Source: the human T2T-CHM13v2.0 reference genome, Homo sapiens. From it: a DNA stretch of 64,000 nt. Under the pieces are notes generated by a model that did not search any database, was not told the origin of the DNA, and was given only the letters and a program-made list of their open reading frames with translations. Below, piece after piece: positions 25,493-42,790 of the stretch. Location: assembly GCF_009914755.1 (NCBI RefSeq), contig NC_060927.1; one strand, given 5' to 3'. The translations under genes and the position numbers were made by a program. Numbering within the stretch: the first letter of the stretch is position 1; every line of letters starts with the position of its first letter.

Positions 25493-25566
25493 ATACAATA
25501 AATGAAAATAGCCAGAATTTAAGCCTAGTCTATGTGACCCTATAATCCTTTAAGAAGAAGCCAGGA

Positions 25567-26307
25567 CCATCACAGAAATGCAAATCAAAACCACAATGAG
25601 ATAGCATCTTACAGCAGTTAGAATGGCAATCATTAAAAAGTCAGGAAACAACAGGTGCTGAAGAGGATGTGGAGAAATAGGAACAATTTTACACTGGTGG
25701 TGGGACTGTAAACTAGTTCAACCCTTGTGGAAGACAGTGTGGTGATTCCTCAGGGATCTAGAACTAGGAATACCATTTGACCCAGCCATCCCATTACTGG
25801 GTATATACCCAAAGAAATATAAATCATGCTGCTATAAAGACACATGCACACGTATGTTTATTGTGGCACTACTCACGATAGCAAAGACTTGGAACCAACC
25901 CAAATGTCCAACAATGATAGACTGGATTAAGAAAATATGGCACATATACACCATGGAATACTACGCAGCCATAAAAAATGATGAGTTCATGTCCTTTGTA
26001 GGGACATGGATGAAGCTGGAACCCATCATTCTGAGCAAACTATCACAAGGACAAAAAACCAAACACCGCATGTTCTCACTCATAGGTGGGAATTGAACAA
26101 TGAGAACACCTGGACACAGGATGGGGACCATCACACACCGGGGCCTGTTGTGGGGTGGGGGGAGGGGGGAGGGATAGCATTAGGAGATATACCTAATGCT
26201 AAATGACGAGTTAATGGGGGCAGCACACCAACATGGCACATGTATACATATGTAACAAACATGCACATTGTGCACATGTACCCTAGAACTTAAAGTATAA
26301 AAAAAAA
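25567..26307 (+). mobile_element. 5'-truncated L1PA (L1PA3/4-like): ORF2 C-terminus and 3'UTR
   Basis: ORF MFIVALLTIAKTWNQPKCPTMIDWIKK..MFSLIGGN, G-rich 3'UTR, ctagaacttaaagtataaaaa; TSD aagccagga at 25558-25566 and 26373-26381. Confidence 0.97.
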
Positions 26308-27122
26308 GCCTCAAATGTAACCTTGTCACCTGCAAATAAGTAAATAAGTAAGTAAGTAAATAAATAAATAAAAAGCCAGGAAGGGAACATTGCCTCTCGT
26401 GTACATGTAGCCAACTCAGAGAAGAGAGGATTGCAATTAGCGAGAGCTCATCTGTTACCTAGTGAAAGGCAGAATGTGTTTGTAGTCTTTATTTAGAAAA
26501 ACATGATTGCAGGCAAAATCTGAACCAGAGATATCATCTGGCAGCTTTGCAGGAGGTCCCTTGTTAGAAGGTTTGACTCCTTCTTGGGTGATATGGCATA
26601 GGATAAATGGTTAGTCACAACGTATGACCAAAAAAAAAAAAAAAAAAAGACTGGATTATTAAAAAAAAAAAACTGGAAAAAAGGGGCTTCTAAAAAAGCA
26701 CTGATAGTTTGTTATGAGAGAATTCTCATGTTGGAGTCAGAAAGCCTTAGGTTACTAATTTTTTTCTAATGCATGTTTATTAGCGAGAATACTGAACAGC
26801 AAATAGAAGAGAATCACAATCATTTACAGCCCTACCACACAGAGATAATCATGGCTCACATTTTGACGCTGAGCCTTCTAGTCTTTTTCTTGTGAATAAA
26901 TGACTATTGATAGATCAAATATATTTATGTAAAAATATATTTATTTGTATACAATTACATGTTTTATGGATTTTATTTTACCAATATGGAACCATAATGT
27001 ACAGATTGGCTTTCTAAAAAATAGCAATTTTTTTCTAATTAAAAAGTAACATATGTTCGTGGAGAGATTCAGAAAATGAAGAAAAATATGAAGAAGAAAA
27101 TAAAAGTCACCTGCAAGGCTAC

Positions 27123-27521
27123 TGCATTAGTCTGTTCTTGTGTTGCTATAAAGAAATACCTGAGGCTGGGTCATTTATAAAGAAAAGAGGTTTAATCGGC
27201 TCAGAGTTCTGGAGGCTGTACAGGAAGCATGGCACTGGAATCCGCTCAACTTCTCGGGAGGCCTCAGGGAGATTTTACTCGTGGCAGAAGGTGAAGGGGG
27301 AGCAGGCAGTTTCCATGACCAGAGCAGGAGCCAGAGAGGGCGAGCAAGGTGCCACATACTTTCAGTAATCAGATCTTGTGAGAACTCTCTCTATCACGAG
27401 GACAGTACCAAGCCGTGAGGGACCCGCCCTCATGACCCAAACGCCTCCCACCAGGTCCCACCTCCATCACTGGGAATTACATCTCAACATGAGATTTGCA
27501 GGGAACATCCAAACTCTATCA
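27123..27521 (-). mobile_element. MaLR LTR, MSTB-like
   Basis: tgcattagtctgttcttgtgttgctataaagaaatacctgaggctggg..aaactctatca; 5-bp TSD g(c/t)tac. Confidence 0.9.
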
Positions 27522-27589
27522 GTTACTTTCCATAAGATTGACTGTTTTGTAACTTGATGTTTTATTTATTTTTATGTTTTCAATTTTTA

Positions 27590-27915
<326 letters not shown>

Positions 27916-28237
27916 TAAAAGCCAGTGCTAAAATGGAACTCTTGAATCAGGTTTATGAGATTCCAATGTTAACACCACGGCTTTCTGTGTAACCAAAGGC
28001 AAATTCCTAATCCTCTCTCCAGAAACCCTGAGTTTCCTCACCTGGAACGTGGGGATTATGAGAGTTTCTTGACCATTGCAGGTCAAGCACTTGGTTTAAT
28101 ACATGGTACATAGCAAGCAGTCACATATGCTTGCTCATAGAATATATTAAACTATGAGTTGCTCTTACAACAGGAAAATTTATTTAAAATAACTATTTTT
28201 GTTACCCTTTGCATTTTTTTCTTTGTTGTTTGTTTGT

Positions 28238-29060
<823 letters not shown>

Positions 29061-30114
29061 TAGATTATTCTGAGACAAATTATCCTAGAAAAGGGATGTG
29101 TTGGCAGCGGAAAGGGCGCTGCTTCTGGCTTTGAGTTTCTTAAGCCTGGGCTTCCAAGGGAATGAATAGAACTCAGGGCATATTTAATATATTTGGGAGA
29201 AAAATTTGAGGACTCAGATAAAATCTGCTTGTCCTTAGAACTACAAAATGATTCTTTGCACTAGAGTGGAGGAGACAGACAGAGACGGCATGAGGAGGTG
29301 GAGAGTTTGTGGGTTTGGATCTAAAGGGATCACCTGGACTGGAGCTGAGCTAGCTTCTGCACACCAGCCAGCTTCTACCTGTGTTAATACCGTCCCCACC
29401 TGCAACAGGGAGCATTTGGGAAAGGAGTCCATGTCTGGGGGCTTCCTAGCCTCCATTTTAAGGGCTGTGCTGTCTCCTCTTGCTGGTGAGCAGTGAGGAC
29501 TTCCTCCAACAGCACCCAGCAAAGTCCTTCAGGAGCAATGCTTATCTATGCTCTCCGACGGCTCAGTGCCTATCCAGCAACACGGTCCAGGGCACAGGGT
29601 AACTAACTACACCTAACCACTCCTCTTTCTATATTCAGGGACACTTCCAATCCTTCTGAGATGGAGGTGGGGTCTTGATCTGAGCGCCCAAGCTTCTCAT
29701 GTAACACTGTAAACTTTTCTCTTTAGAATTCTTCTCCCCAGCCTCTGACTTGAACACAGACAGGTGTAAGATTTAGTCCAGTCACCTCAACAGGTGTTGT
29801 TGATTGGAGCGTCCCTTTGCACATAATGGGGGCTGTAAATATGACTACCTGCTCACAGGTGGACTGAGCCTTAGGAAAGTAAGTGCTATGAAAGGGAGGG
29901 GAGATAAAGGTTACATTTTATTGAGCATCTACTATGGCCCATCCTTGCGCTAGGTGCTTTTGCATGCATATCTCATTAAATACCCACCTCAGCTCCTACA
30001 GGCATGTGTAAGAAACACCGAGGCTCAGAAGGTGGAAGTAGCAGGTTCAAAGTCACACTCCAAACACTAGAGAAACCTACATGGGTATGAAGATTCTTTA
30101 CCTGTCAGGAGGCT

Positions 30115-30385
30115 TTTTTTAATTTTTTTTAATTTTTTTTCTTTAAGAGAGAGGGTCTCTCTCTGTGGTCCAGGGTAGAATGCAGTGGTGTGATCATAGC
30201 TCACTACAGCCTCAAACTCCTGTGCTCAAGTGATCTTCCTGCCTCAGCCTCCTGAATAGCTGGGACTACAGGGGTGCGCCACCATGTCTGGCTAGTTTTT
30301 TAATATTTTGTAGAAGTGGGGTCTCACCATGTTGACCAGGCTGGTCTTGAACTCCCGGCCTCAAGCGATCCCACTGCCTCGGCAT
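30115..30385 (-). mobile_element. AluJ
   Basis: Dimeric Alu, 5'-truncated. Confidence 0.9.
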
Positions 30386-30768
30386 CAGGATGCTTTTAAA
30401 CTCCAGCTGCCTCTACCCCTCAGCGCAGTGATAGAACCTCCTCTTATGTGAGCTGACATCCTGTGTGCTCCTGTACATCACGCACAGCCCAGATTTTGCG
30501 TTGGCAAAAGAGGGTACATGCCATGCTTGGCATCTTGACCTGGACCAGCTAGCAGTGACTACACTCGACTGGAGCTGTACAAGTAAGTCACTAGCTTTGT
30601 GTGTCATTGGGCAAGGGACAATCCCTCAGTTTCTGTAACTCTAAAATAGGAATAAGACTTCATGCCTCGTAGGATTGTTATGAGGGCCAAAGGGGATGAC
30701 ACTGGAAAGACGGTTTCCGACACCTGAGGAAGGAGTGGATGGACTGAGAAAATTTTGCATCTTGTTGA

Positions 30769-31118
<350 letters not shown>

Positions 31119-31679
31119 TGATATTTTTGAATTTTAGTTTCTTCATGGGGTTGGGAAGATTGAATAAGAAACTTTAAATAAAAGTGTTTGCCATGGTACC
31201 AGTAGACATTTAACACAGTGAGTTGGTCACTGTGAATCCCTATGTGATCAGTAGAGAATGGCTGGGTGGCTGGCTGAATGAAATGGCACTATGCAAACAC
31301 TACAGCTTCTCCCAGGACACTGTGCCTTCCTTTACTTACGTTATCTTTTTTAGCATTCACGCATTTCTGAGAGATGAGTATCATTATCCCCAGTCTACAG
31401 ATAAGGAAACCCGGAAACTGAGACTCAGTGAGGTTGAGTGATTTGTCCAGGATTCAGCTGGGAATTGGCAAAGCAAGTTCAACATCCAAGTCTGTTTTAG
31501 TTTGAGAGAAAGGAAGGATAAAGAGAGAACAGTCAAAAAAGCAAGGAAAAACTGACATTTTTCAGTGGATTTCCAGAGGTAGAAAACAAAAAGAAACAAA
31601 CAGAACTGGATTTGTCATGCGTTACCTTCTGCATGCTTCCCATTTACATTGTTAATGACTTCTTCATAGTACGACCTTC

Positions 31680-31970
31680 TCATTTTTCAAATTAAAGTAT
31701 AATTTACATGTAGTAAAGCACATCCTATTTAGTGCATAGTTCTACAAGTTTTGACAAATGTATGCAATTGTGTACCTACCACCACAATCAAGATGTAGAA
31801 CAGTTCTATCTTTCCCCCAAATTTCCCAACCCCTCAACCCCTGGCAACTTATTATCTGTTTTCTGATCTTATAGTTTTGCCTTTTTAAAAATGTCATATA
31901 AATCAAAGGCCAATATCATATCATAAAATGATATTTGGCCTTTTGAATCTGGCTTCTTTCACTTGGCATA
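31680..31970 (-). mobile_element. L1MB/MC 3' end fragment
   Basis: aagtataatttacatgtagtaaa..ttttgacaaatgtatgc..accacaatcaagat. Confidence 0.7.
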
Positions 31971-32321
31971 TCTGTACAGTGTATCTTCAAATGTTTGCTA
32001 GGCACAGACTCTTGGCTATTATTCTTGTAAAGTTTTTTTTTTCCTGTTTAGGATGCAGAGAAAAAAATCTCTGTAATTTTCCAAAGGCAATTTTCTCTTT
32101 AAATAGTGTTCAAAAGGGGATGAGGGGAAAGAAAGGAAATTTAAGCTATTTTCTCTTCAAATCTTCTATGCCCTGGGAAACACAGTAGAGTCTGGTCAAC
32201 TTTTCATGATGTCAAAGATGAAAATTTGTATCATCCTAGGTGATCAGTCGTTCCTGATCAAATCTTCAGGGGACTCTTAGGAGTTGGCGCAGCAGTTAAA
32301 GGGAAATGAGTCTTGATTTTA

Positions 32322-33990
<1,669 letters not shown>

Positions 33991-34624
33991 AATGAGAGGA
34001 GATGAAGAAGGAGAGCTACACCACATCCTCCCTCTTCCTGTGACTTCCTGGGTGGCCACGTTTGGCCTTGGCCAAAATGAAACAGGGTCAGGTTGATCTA
34101 TGAGCTCTTAAAATATTCATCTTGGCACCCTCAGCTATTGGCATAGAGCCTGGCAAATAGGGGTACTCATCAGATGTTGGCTGAAAAAAAAAAAGGATTA
34201 AGTGAATAAATGTAAAAGTGTGGCTATAAAGCACTGAGCCTTTAAAAGCAATACACCAGTGTTCATACAACATATCCAAAAACATGTTGCTCTCTGCAAA
34301 GCAGTTGCCTTAGTGAATATTGATCTCCGTGTGAGAAAGGCCTTTAAAAGTATACAAGCAAAGACAGATCTGTAGAGAAAGAGATTTATATATCCAACTA
34401 CAATGAAAGTAAAAAAATATAATTTAAAAAACCATTAAAGATTGAAAAGCAAATGACAAATGAGAGAAGGCAAAATATATAACATACAAAGGTTAGGTTT
34501 CTTTAGTACATAAGCAGTCCTCACACAAACATTTAAAAGATAAATACTTCAATATGAAAATAAGCAAAAGTCATGAACAGGCAACCCATAAAAGAATAAA
34601 TACAAAAAACAAATAAGTATATTA

Positions 34625-35328
<704 letters not shown>

Positions 35329-35900
35329 GCAATGAAGTTTTAAAGTTTTTAAGATATACATACTTTTTGACCCAGAAATTCTATTTCTCAAAATTTGTAT
35401 TAGCAAATAATCAGAGGTATACAAAAAATATCTAAATACAAAATATTCATTGCAGCATAATTTTAATAGCAACAAAACTGGAAACAACAAAAACAATCAC
35501 ATTGCAAATAATTCATGTTCTTGTTTTTTTTTTATCTTTTCTGTTTTCTACTTTCTACAGTAAAGATAAATGGTCTTTGCAATTCAGAAAACAAACAAGA
35601 GCTGCTTTTTTGGAAAAGAAAAAAATCACCTTAACTACAAATATCCTTTTGGAGGGTTGCCATTGTTCAAAATCACCAGAGCCCCCTCTTTAGCAGTCTG
35701 AAGAGCTAGTTGCTGAGGCACACAGGAAATTGCTCTCCTTATTCCGTTGTCATCATTTCATTTTACATAAACACAGCTATGGATAGCCCACCTTTCTCAT
35801 CTGCCTCTATACCAAAATGACTTCGGGGTCTTGTGAAAAATCACTCTCTCAAAGAATGAAAATTTTCTTTTCACTAAAGAAATGCAAAGGAATGGTGTTT

Positions 35901-37762
35901 GGATTTTCGGTATATATTTAGGATTTTAGGTATATATATTTAGGATTTTTGGTATATATATTTAGGATTTTCGGTGTATATATTTAGGATTTTCGGTGTA
36001 TATATTTAGGATTTTCGGTGTATATATTTAGGATTTTCGGTGTATATATTTAGGATTTTCGGTGTATATATTTAGGATTTTCGGTGTATATATTTAGGAT
36101 TTTCGGTGTATATATTTAGGATTTTCGGTGTATATATTTAGGATTTTCGGTATATATTTAGGATTTTCGGTATATATATTTAGGATTTTCGGTATATATA
36201 TTTAGGATTTTCGGTATATATTTAGGATTTTCGGTATATATATTTAGGATTTTCGGTATATATATTTAGGATTTTCGGTATATATTTAGGATTTTCGGTA
36301 TATATATTTAGGATTTTCGGTATATATATTTAGGATTTTCGGTATATATATTTAGGATTTTCGGTATATATATTTAGGATTTTCGGTATATATATTTAGG
36401 ATTTTCGGTATATATATTTAGGATTTTCGGTATATATATTTAGGATTTTCGGTATATATATTTAGGACTTTCGGTATATATTTAGGATTTTCGGTATATA
36501 TATTTAGGATTTTCGGTATATATATTTAGGATTTTCGGTATATATATTTAGGATTTTCGGTATATATATTTAGGACTTTCGGTATATATATTTAGGACTT
36601 TCGGTATATATTTAGGACTTTCGGTATATATATTTAGGACTTTCGGTATATATATTTAGGACTTTCGGTATATATATTTAGGACTTTCGGTATATTTATT
36701 TAGGACTTTCGGTATATTTATTTAGGACTTTCGGTATATATATTTAGGACTTTCGGTATATATATTTAGGACTTTCGGTATATTTATTTAGGACTTTCGG
36801 TATATATATTTAGGATTTTCGGTATATATATTTAGGATTTTCGGTATATATATTTAGGATTTTCGGTATATATATTTAGGATTTTCGGTATATATATTTA
36901 GGACTTTCGGTATATATTTAGGACTTTCGGTATATATTTAGGACTTTCGATATATATATTTAGGACTTTCGGTATATGTATTTAGGACTTTCGGTATATG
37001 TATTTAGGACTTTCGGTATATATATTTAGGACTTTCGGTATATATATTTAGGACTTTCGGTATATATATTTAGGACTTTCGGTATATATATTTAGGACTT
37101 TCGGTATATATATTTAGGACTTTCGGTATATATTTAGGATTTTCGGTATATATATTTAGGATTTTCGGTATATATATTTAGGATTTTCGGTATATATATT
37201 TAGGATTTTCGGTATATATATTTAGGATTTTCGGTATATATATTTAGGATTTTCGGTATATATATTTAGGACTTTCGGTATATATTTAGGACTTTCGGTA
37301 TCTATATTTAGGACTTTCGGTATCTATATTTAGGACTTTCGGTATCTATATTTAGGATTTTCGGTATCTATATTTAGGATTTTCGGTATCTATATTTAGG
37401 ATTTTCGGTATCTATATTTAGGATTTTCGGTATCTATATTTAGGATTTTCGGTATCTATTTAGGATTTTCGGTATCTATTTAGGATTTTCGGTATATATA
37501 TTTAGGATTTTCGGTATATATATTTAGGATTTTCGGTATATATTTAGGATTTTCGGTATATATATTTAGGATTTTCGGTATATATATTTAGGATTTTCGG
37601 TATATATATTTAGGATTTTCGGTATATATTTAGGATTTTCTGTATATATTTAGGATTTTCGGTATATATATTTAGGATTTTCGGTATATATATTTAGGAT
37701 TTTCGGTATATATATTTAGGATTTTAGGTATATATATTTAGGATTTTAGGTATATATATATA
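35901..37762. repeat. AT-rich minisatellite (VNTR), 22-nt unit ggattttcggtatatatattta, about 85-90 copies
   Basis: Directly visible, with 20-nt variants and ggtgtata, ggactttc and tatctata variant blocks. Confidence 0.99.
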
Positions 37763-38446
37763 CTGTTTATCATGGTGCTTAGCATATGCAGCTCAGTAAA
37801 TAGTAGCAGTTGTTATTCTCATTTTCTTATTTGGTTTTATTTATTTCTGCAGTTGTCTAGGAGGCCAGATTGCTAAGGCCAGTTGGGTGAATTCTCCAGC
37901 CAATGCTTTTGATAAAATAGTAACTCATTCCATCAGTTATTTTGGGTTCATTCTGTAGCCTACTACCTTAAAATGTCAAGATTCCAAGACCTAGAGAGGC
38001 AAATACATACTGGCAATGAAATGCCTTAGCAACACTCAGGGACTGTGGGAATGGACATTATAATTCCTCAGTGCACATTAACGTGTGATCTTAAGGCAAA
38101 GACTTAGGGCTGAACTCTGGTCTGCCCTTCACTGCCATTTAGCCATGGGGAAGGGAAGTGCTGCCTCCTTTGCCTGGTACCGCGGTACCGTTTGAAGAAG
38201 ACTGGATTGCACAGTGTCACCTCTAGAGGGAGCTTAAGCTTGTCTTCCCAATTCCAAAGTTGGGTCTGGATGGAGGTGAGAGATGATAAAGTGGATTAAA
38301 GGACAGACTTTGGGTTTGTTTTTCCCCACAAAAAAACTATCTTTGTTGTTTTATTTTCATATTATTCATTAATTTTAAAAAAACCCACCATTTATGTTGG
38401 AACTACTCATTCATCAGTTACAACTCTAAGTTGACTATGAATATGA

Positions 38447-38786
<340 letters not shown>

Positions 38787-38794
38787 TCTTTGTT

Positions 38795-39615
38795 TCTTCT
38801 TTTTCAACTTTTATTTTAGGCTTAGGGGATATACATGCAGGTTTTTTGCATGGGTAAATTGTGTGTCACTGGGGTTTGGAGCACAAATAATTTCATCACC
38901 CAGGTAGTGAGCATAGTGCTCACTAGGTAGCTTTTTGATTCTCACCCTCCTCCCACCCTCTACTCTCAAGTAAGCTCCAGTGTCTATGATTCCCTTGTTT
39001 GTGTCTATCCGTACTCAATGTTTAGCTCCACTTGGAAGTGAGAACATGTGGTATTTGGTTTTCTTTTCCTGCATTAATTTGCTTAGGATAATTGCCTCTA
39101 GCTGCATCCATGTTGCTGCAAAGGACAGGATTTTGTTCTTTTTTATGGCCATGTAGTATTCTATGGTCTATATGTACCACATTTTCTTTATCCAGTCCAC
39201 TGTTGATGGGCATCTAGGTTGATTCTATGTCATTGCTATTGTGAATAGTGTTGCAATCAACATGAGTGCATGTGTCTTTTTGGTAGAACGATTTATATTC
39301 CTTTGGATATATACCCAGTAATGGAACTGCTGGGTTGATTAATAGTTCTGTATTAAGTTCTTTGAGAAATCTCCAAATTGCTTTCCACAGTGGCTGAACT
39401 AATTTACATTCCCTCCAACAGCATATAAGCATTCCCTTTGCTCTGCAACCTTGCCAACATCCGTTATTTTCTGACTTTTTAACAATGGCCATTGTGACTG
39501 GTGTGAGATGGCATCTCATTATGGTTTTGATTTGCGTTTCTCTAATGATTAATAATGTTGAGCATTTTTTTCATATGTTTGTTGGCCACGTGTATGTCTT
39601 CTTTTGAGATGTGTC
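38795..39615 (-). mobile_element. 5'-truncated older primate L1 (L1PA15/16- or L1PB-like)
   Basis: tttcaacttttattttagg..acatgcaggttt; ORF2 C-terminal peptide MRCHLTPVTMAIVKKSENNGCW; TSD aaaggacagactttgg at 38298-38313 and 39616-39631. Confidence 0.92.
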
Positions 39616-39835
39616 AAAGGACAGACTTTGGAAACGTGACAGATCTCCTTTTGAATTCAAGCTCTATCACTCACGACTGCATAAGCTTGAGCAGTCATTT
39701 TCCCTCTTTGAGTTTCATCCATTGTTGAAATGGGGTTATAAAAATGGCTATTTCATAGAGGTGTTATGTGACGAATTGAGATAGCAAAAATAATCACTGT
39801 AAATAAAGCCTAGTACATTGCAGGTGCTCTACAGA
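39616..39835 (+). mobile_element. MIR (5' stub at ~38290-38313, split by the L1 insertion)
   Basis: acagactttggaa..gacagatc..gaattcaagctctatcactcac..gttgaaatggggttata matches the MIR core. Confidence 0.7.
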
Positions 39836-40339
39836 TGGTATCTCTACTAAAAGATTCAAAGCACACAATTAGGCCATACCGCTAGAGGGGTACAAAGAGA
39901 TCATAAGTAGAACTAGATGGGGAGGGGAACTCTACTGGCCTTTTCCTTCCTTGAAATTTCGGGGTTGCACTTCTCTCTCTTACCTCCAATGAACCCAGTG
40001 CCAGGGCTGCCTCCCTGACTCACGGGCTCTAGCCCTTTGGGCTCTACCCAAATTGGATAGAGTAGAAAGGAGGGGTAGAGTGGATGGTCGTGACAGCAGC
40101 TCTGCAGTGTTTGAAGAACCAAGATTAGAGTGTGGGGCTGAACAAAAGGAACCAGGGATAATAGTTTTCATTTGCATGCCTAGTCTGAGTTTGGGAGTGG
40201 AGGCATGTGCTGAGGAGGAATCTGGGGCCGCATTCAAGACTAAATGTTCTGATCAATTAGCATGGCCTGCTGTGGTTGTGGGATAGGTTGTGGGGTAGTA
40301 TGCACATATACCACACATTTGCCTTCTGTGGCCTGGCAA

Positions 40340-41751
40340 AGTGCTATTTCATCATGTGCTGTGGACCAGTGCTTGCCAGTAAACTATTTGAAACTGGCCT
40401 GCAACAAGGTAAAAAGTGAAATTGAGGTGGTTTAGACATTAAAAAAAATTTTTTTTTATTATACTTTAAGTTCTAGGGTACATGTGCACAACGTGCAGGT
40501 TTGTTACATATGTATACATGTGCCATGTTGGTGTGCTGCACCCATTAACTTGTCATTTGCATTAGGTATATCTCCTAATGCTATCCCTCCCCCTCCCCCC
40601 ACCCCACGACAGGCCCCGGTGTGTGATGTTCCCCTTCTGTGTCCAAGTGTTCTCATTGTTCAATTCCCACCTATGATGAGAACATGTAGTGTTTGGTTTT
40701 TTGTCCTTGCGATAGTTTGCTGAGAATGATGGTTTCCAGCTTCATCCAATTTCCTACAAAGGACATGAACTCATCTTTTTTATGGCTGCATAGTATTTCA
40801 TGGTGTATATGTGCCACATTTTCTTAATCCAGTCTATCATTGTGGACATTTGGGTTGGTTCCAAGTCTTTGCTATTGTGAATAGTGCCGCAATAAACATG
40901 CGTGTGCATGTGTCTTTATAGCAGCATGATTTATAATCCTTTGGGTATATACCTAGTAATGGGATGGCTGAGTCAAATGGTATTTCTAGTTCTAGGTCCT
41001 TGAGGAATTGCCACACTGTCTTCCACAATGGTTGAACTAGTTTACAGTCCCACCACCAGTGTAAAAGTGTTCCTATTTCTCCACATCCTCTTCAGCACCT
41101 GTTGTTTCCTGACTTTTTAATGATCGCCATTCAAACTGGTGTGAGATGGTATCTCATTGTGGTTTTGATTTGCATTTCTCTGATGGCCAGTGATGATGAG
41201 CATTTTTTCATGTGTCTGTTGGCTGCATAAATGTCTTCTTTTGAGAAGTGTCTGTTCATATCCTTCGCCCACTTTTTGATGGGGTTGTTTGTTTTTTTCT
41301 TGTAAATCTGTTTGAGTTCTTTGTAGATTCTGGATATTAGCCCTTTGTCAGATAAGCAGATTGCAAAAATTTTCTCACATTCTGTAGGCTGCCTGTTCAC
41401 TCTGATGATAGTTTCTTTTGCTGTGCAGAAGCCCTTTAGTTTAATTGGATCCCATTTGTCAATTTTGGCTTTTGTTGCCATTGCTTTTGGTGTTTTAGAC
41501 ATGAAGTCCTTGACCAAGCCTATGTCCTGAATGGTATTGCCTAGGTTTTCTTCTAGGGTTTTTATGGCTTTAGGGGTTTAGACATTTTTATAGCAGTTTG
41601 ACACAGTAATTTTATGTCTATTGAATCTAATAAAACATTTCGGCTTTGACTTTGTATGTTGTTTTTTCTTTTTTCAAGTAATTCATTTTTATTGTATTTT
41701 TATAGAAGTATCAAAAAAAATTGCCCTTTACTAAAGACTAAGGAACACTGG
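40340..41751. mobile_element. hAT-Charlie (MER5C-like) element split by the L1PA at 40449-41574
   Basis: gtgctatttc..ggaccagtgc..gaaattgag|tttagacatttttatagcagtttgacacagtaattttatgtctattgaatctaat..ggaacactg. Confidence 0.55.
40449..41574 (-). mobile_element. 5'-truncated L1PA (L1PA5-like)
   Basis: ttattatactttaagttctagggtacatgtgcacaacgtgcagg; ORF2 peptide [26 protein letters not shown]; TSD ggtttagacatt at 40429-40440 and 41575-41586. Confidence 0.97.
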
Positions 41752-42619
41752 CTGAAAGGTTAGGCAAGAGGGGTAAAAGGAGTTCTTTCTGCTCCAATAT
41801 AAACCACCAAGCTTATTTGAATAGGAGATGACAAAGTAGTAAGGGGTAGGCATTGCCTGGATTTCTGCAAATCTCCCTCAGGAACCTGCAGCAGTGAATG
41901 GCGCGGGGAGAGGTCAGCAATTTGGGATCCTGGCTGCCTTTGCCTCAGAGGATGGCCCATAACCAAATACTCCCACTTGTTTTTTGCCATTTGTCCTCTC
42001 AAAGGTTGAGTGTTTGGGGGAAAACTGAGGCAGCTCAGCAAATAAGATGTAAGTTCTCACAAAAAGGTTGCAAGGTGCAGCTGTTAGAATGTGCACATGG
42101 CCTCCCTTGGAGACCCTGCAAAGAGAATGCACCGACTTGGGTCTATGTATAAGCCTCCTGAGTAGCAGCCCTGAGATCCACCGCCAAATGAGTGACGTGG
42201 ATACAAACGTGGCGGGCTGCTTTCCTTCTCGGTTCTGGATGCTTACAGGTAAGAGTATTTGTATTTCCTCTATTGGATTCAGCTGTAGATTTGAGCAATC
42301 AGATTTCTATAGCAGGCCGAACAGGTCTAGGGAATGACGATTCCTGGTAAATTGTTTATATTGAAATCATAAAATATGAAGCCCATAACAGGGAAAGGCA
42401 GGGCAAAAATGAGTGCTTAGCAGAATAGGGGAATCTTGCAGACAGATGGCTGGGTGGGTGGATGACAGCCCTGCCCTCACCTGGGAGCTCTTTCCACTCC
42501 ACCCACAAGCAGGAGCATCTTCTCTGCAGCTGAGGCTTTGCACAGCTGGCTCCAGAGGCACCATTCTCAGGAAGTGTGGGGACTAGTATTGGTAGAGGCC
42601 ACGTGTTACTTATGGTGAT

Positions 42620-42790
42620 CTACAGCCTGAGACAGAGTCAGACAGACCTGGGTTCAAATCCTGGGCAAGTTGCTTTATGTTTCTCAGTTTCCTCATCTTT
42701 GATGGCGGGGTGGGGGTGGGGGTGGGCGGTGATCTTAGGACCTCCTGCTATGATACTCAGGATCTGAGCTGACGAATACTGAGGGACAAA
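42620..42790 (+). mobile_element. MIR
   Basis: gagtcagacagacctgggttcaaatcctgggcaagtt..ctcagtttcctcatc. Confidence 0.7.

Noticed and set aside
35901-37762. Minisatellite derived from Tigger4a (atatttaggattttgg at ~58138 resembles the unit)
   Set aside because: Match is short and low-complexity, and the VNTR flanks show no Tigger sequence.
38176-38189. 14-bp perfect palindrome ggtaccgcggtacc (polylinker-like)
   Set aside because: About 4 palindromes of this length are expected by chance in 64 kb, and there is no other vector sequence.
41131-41517. 128-aa ORF as a host gene
   Set aside because: C-terminal fragment of L1 ORF2 in a 5'-truncated L1PA.
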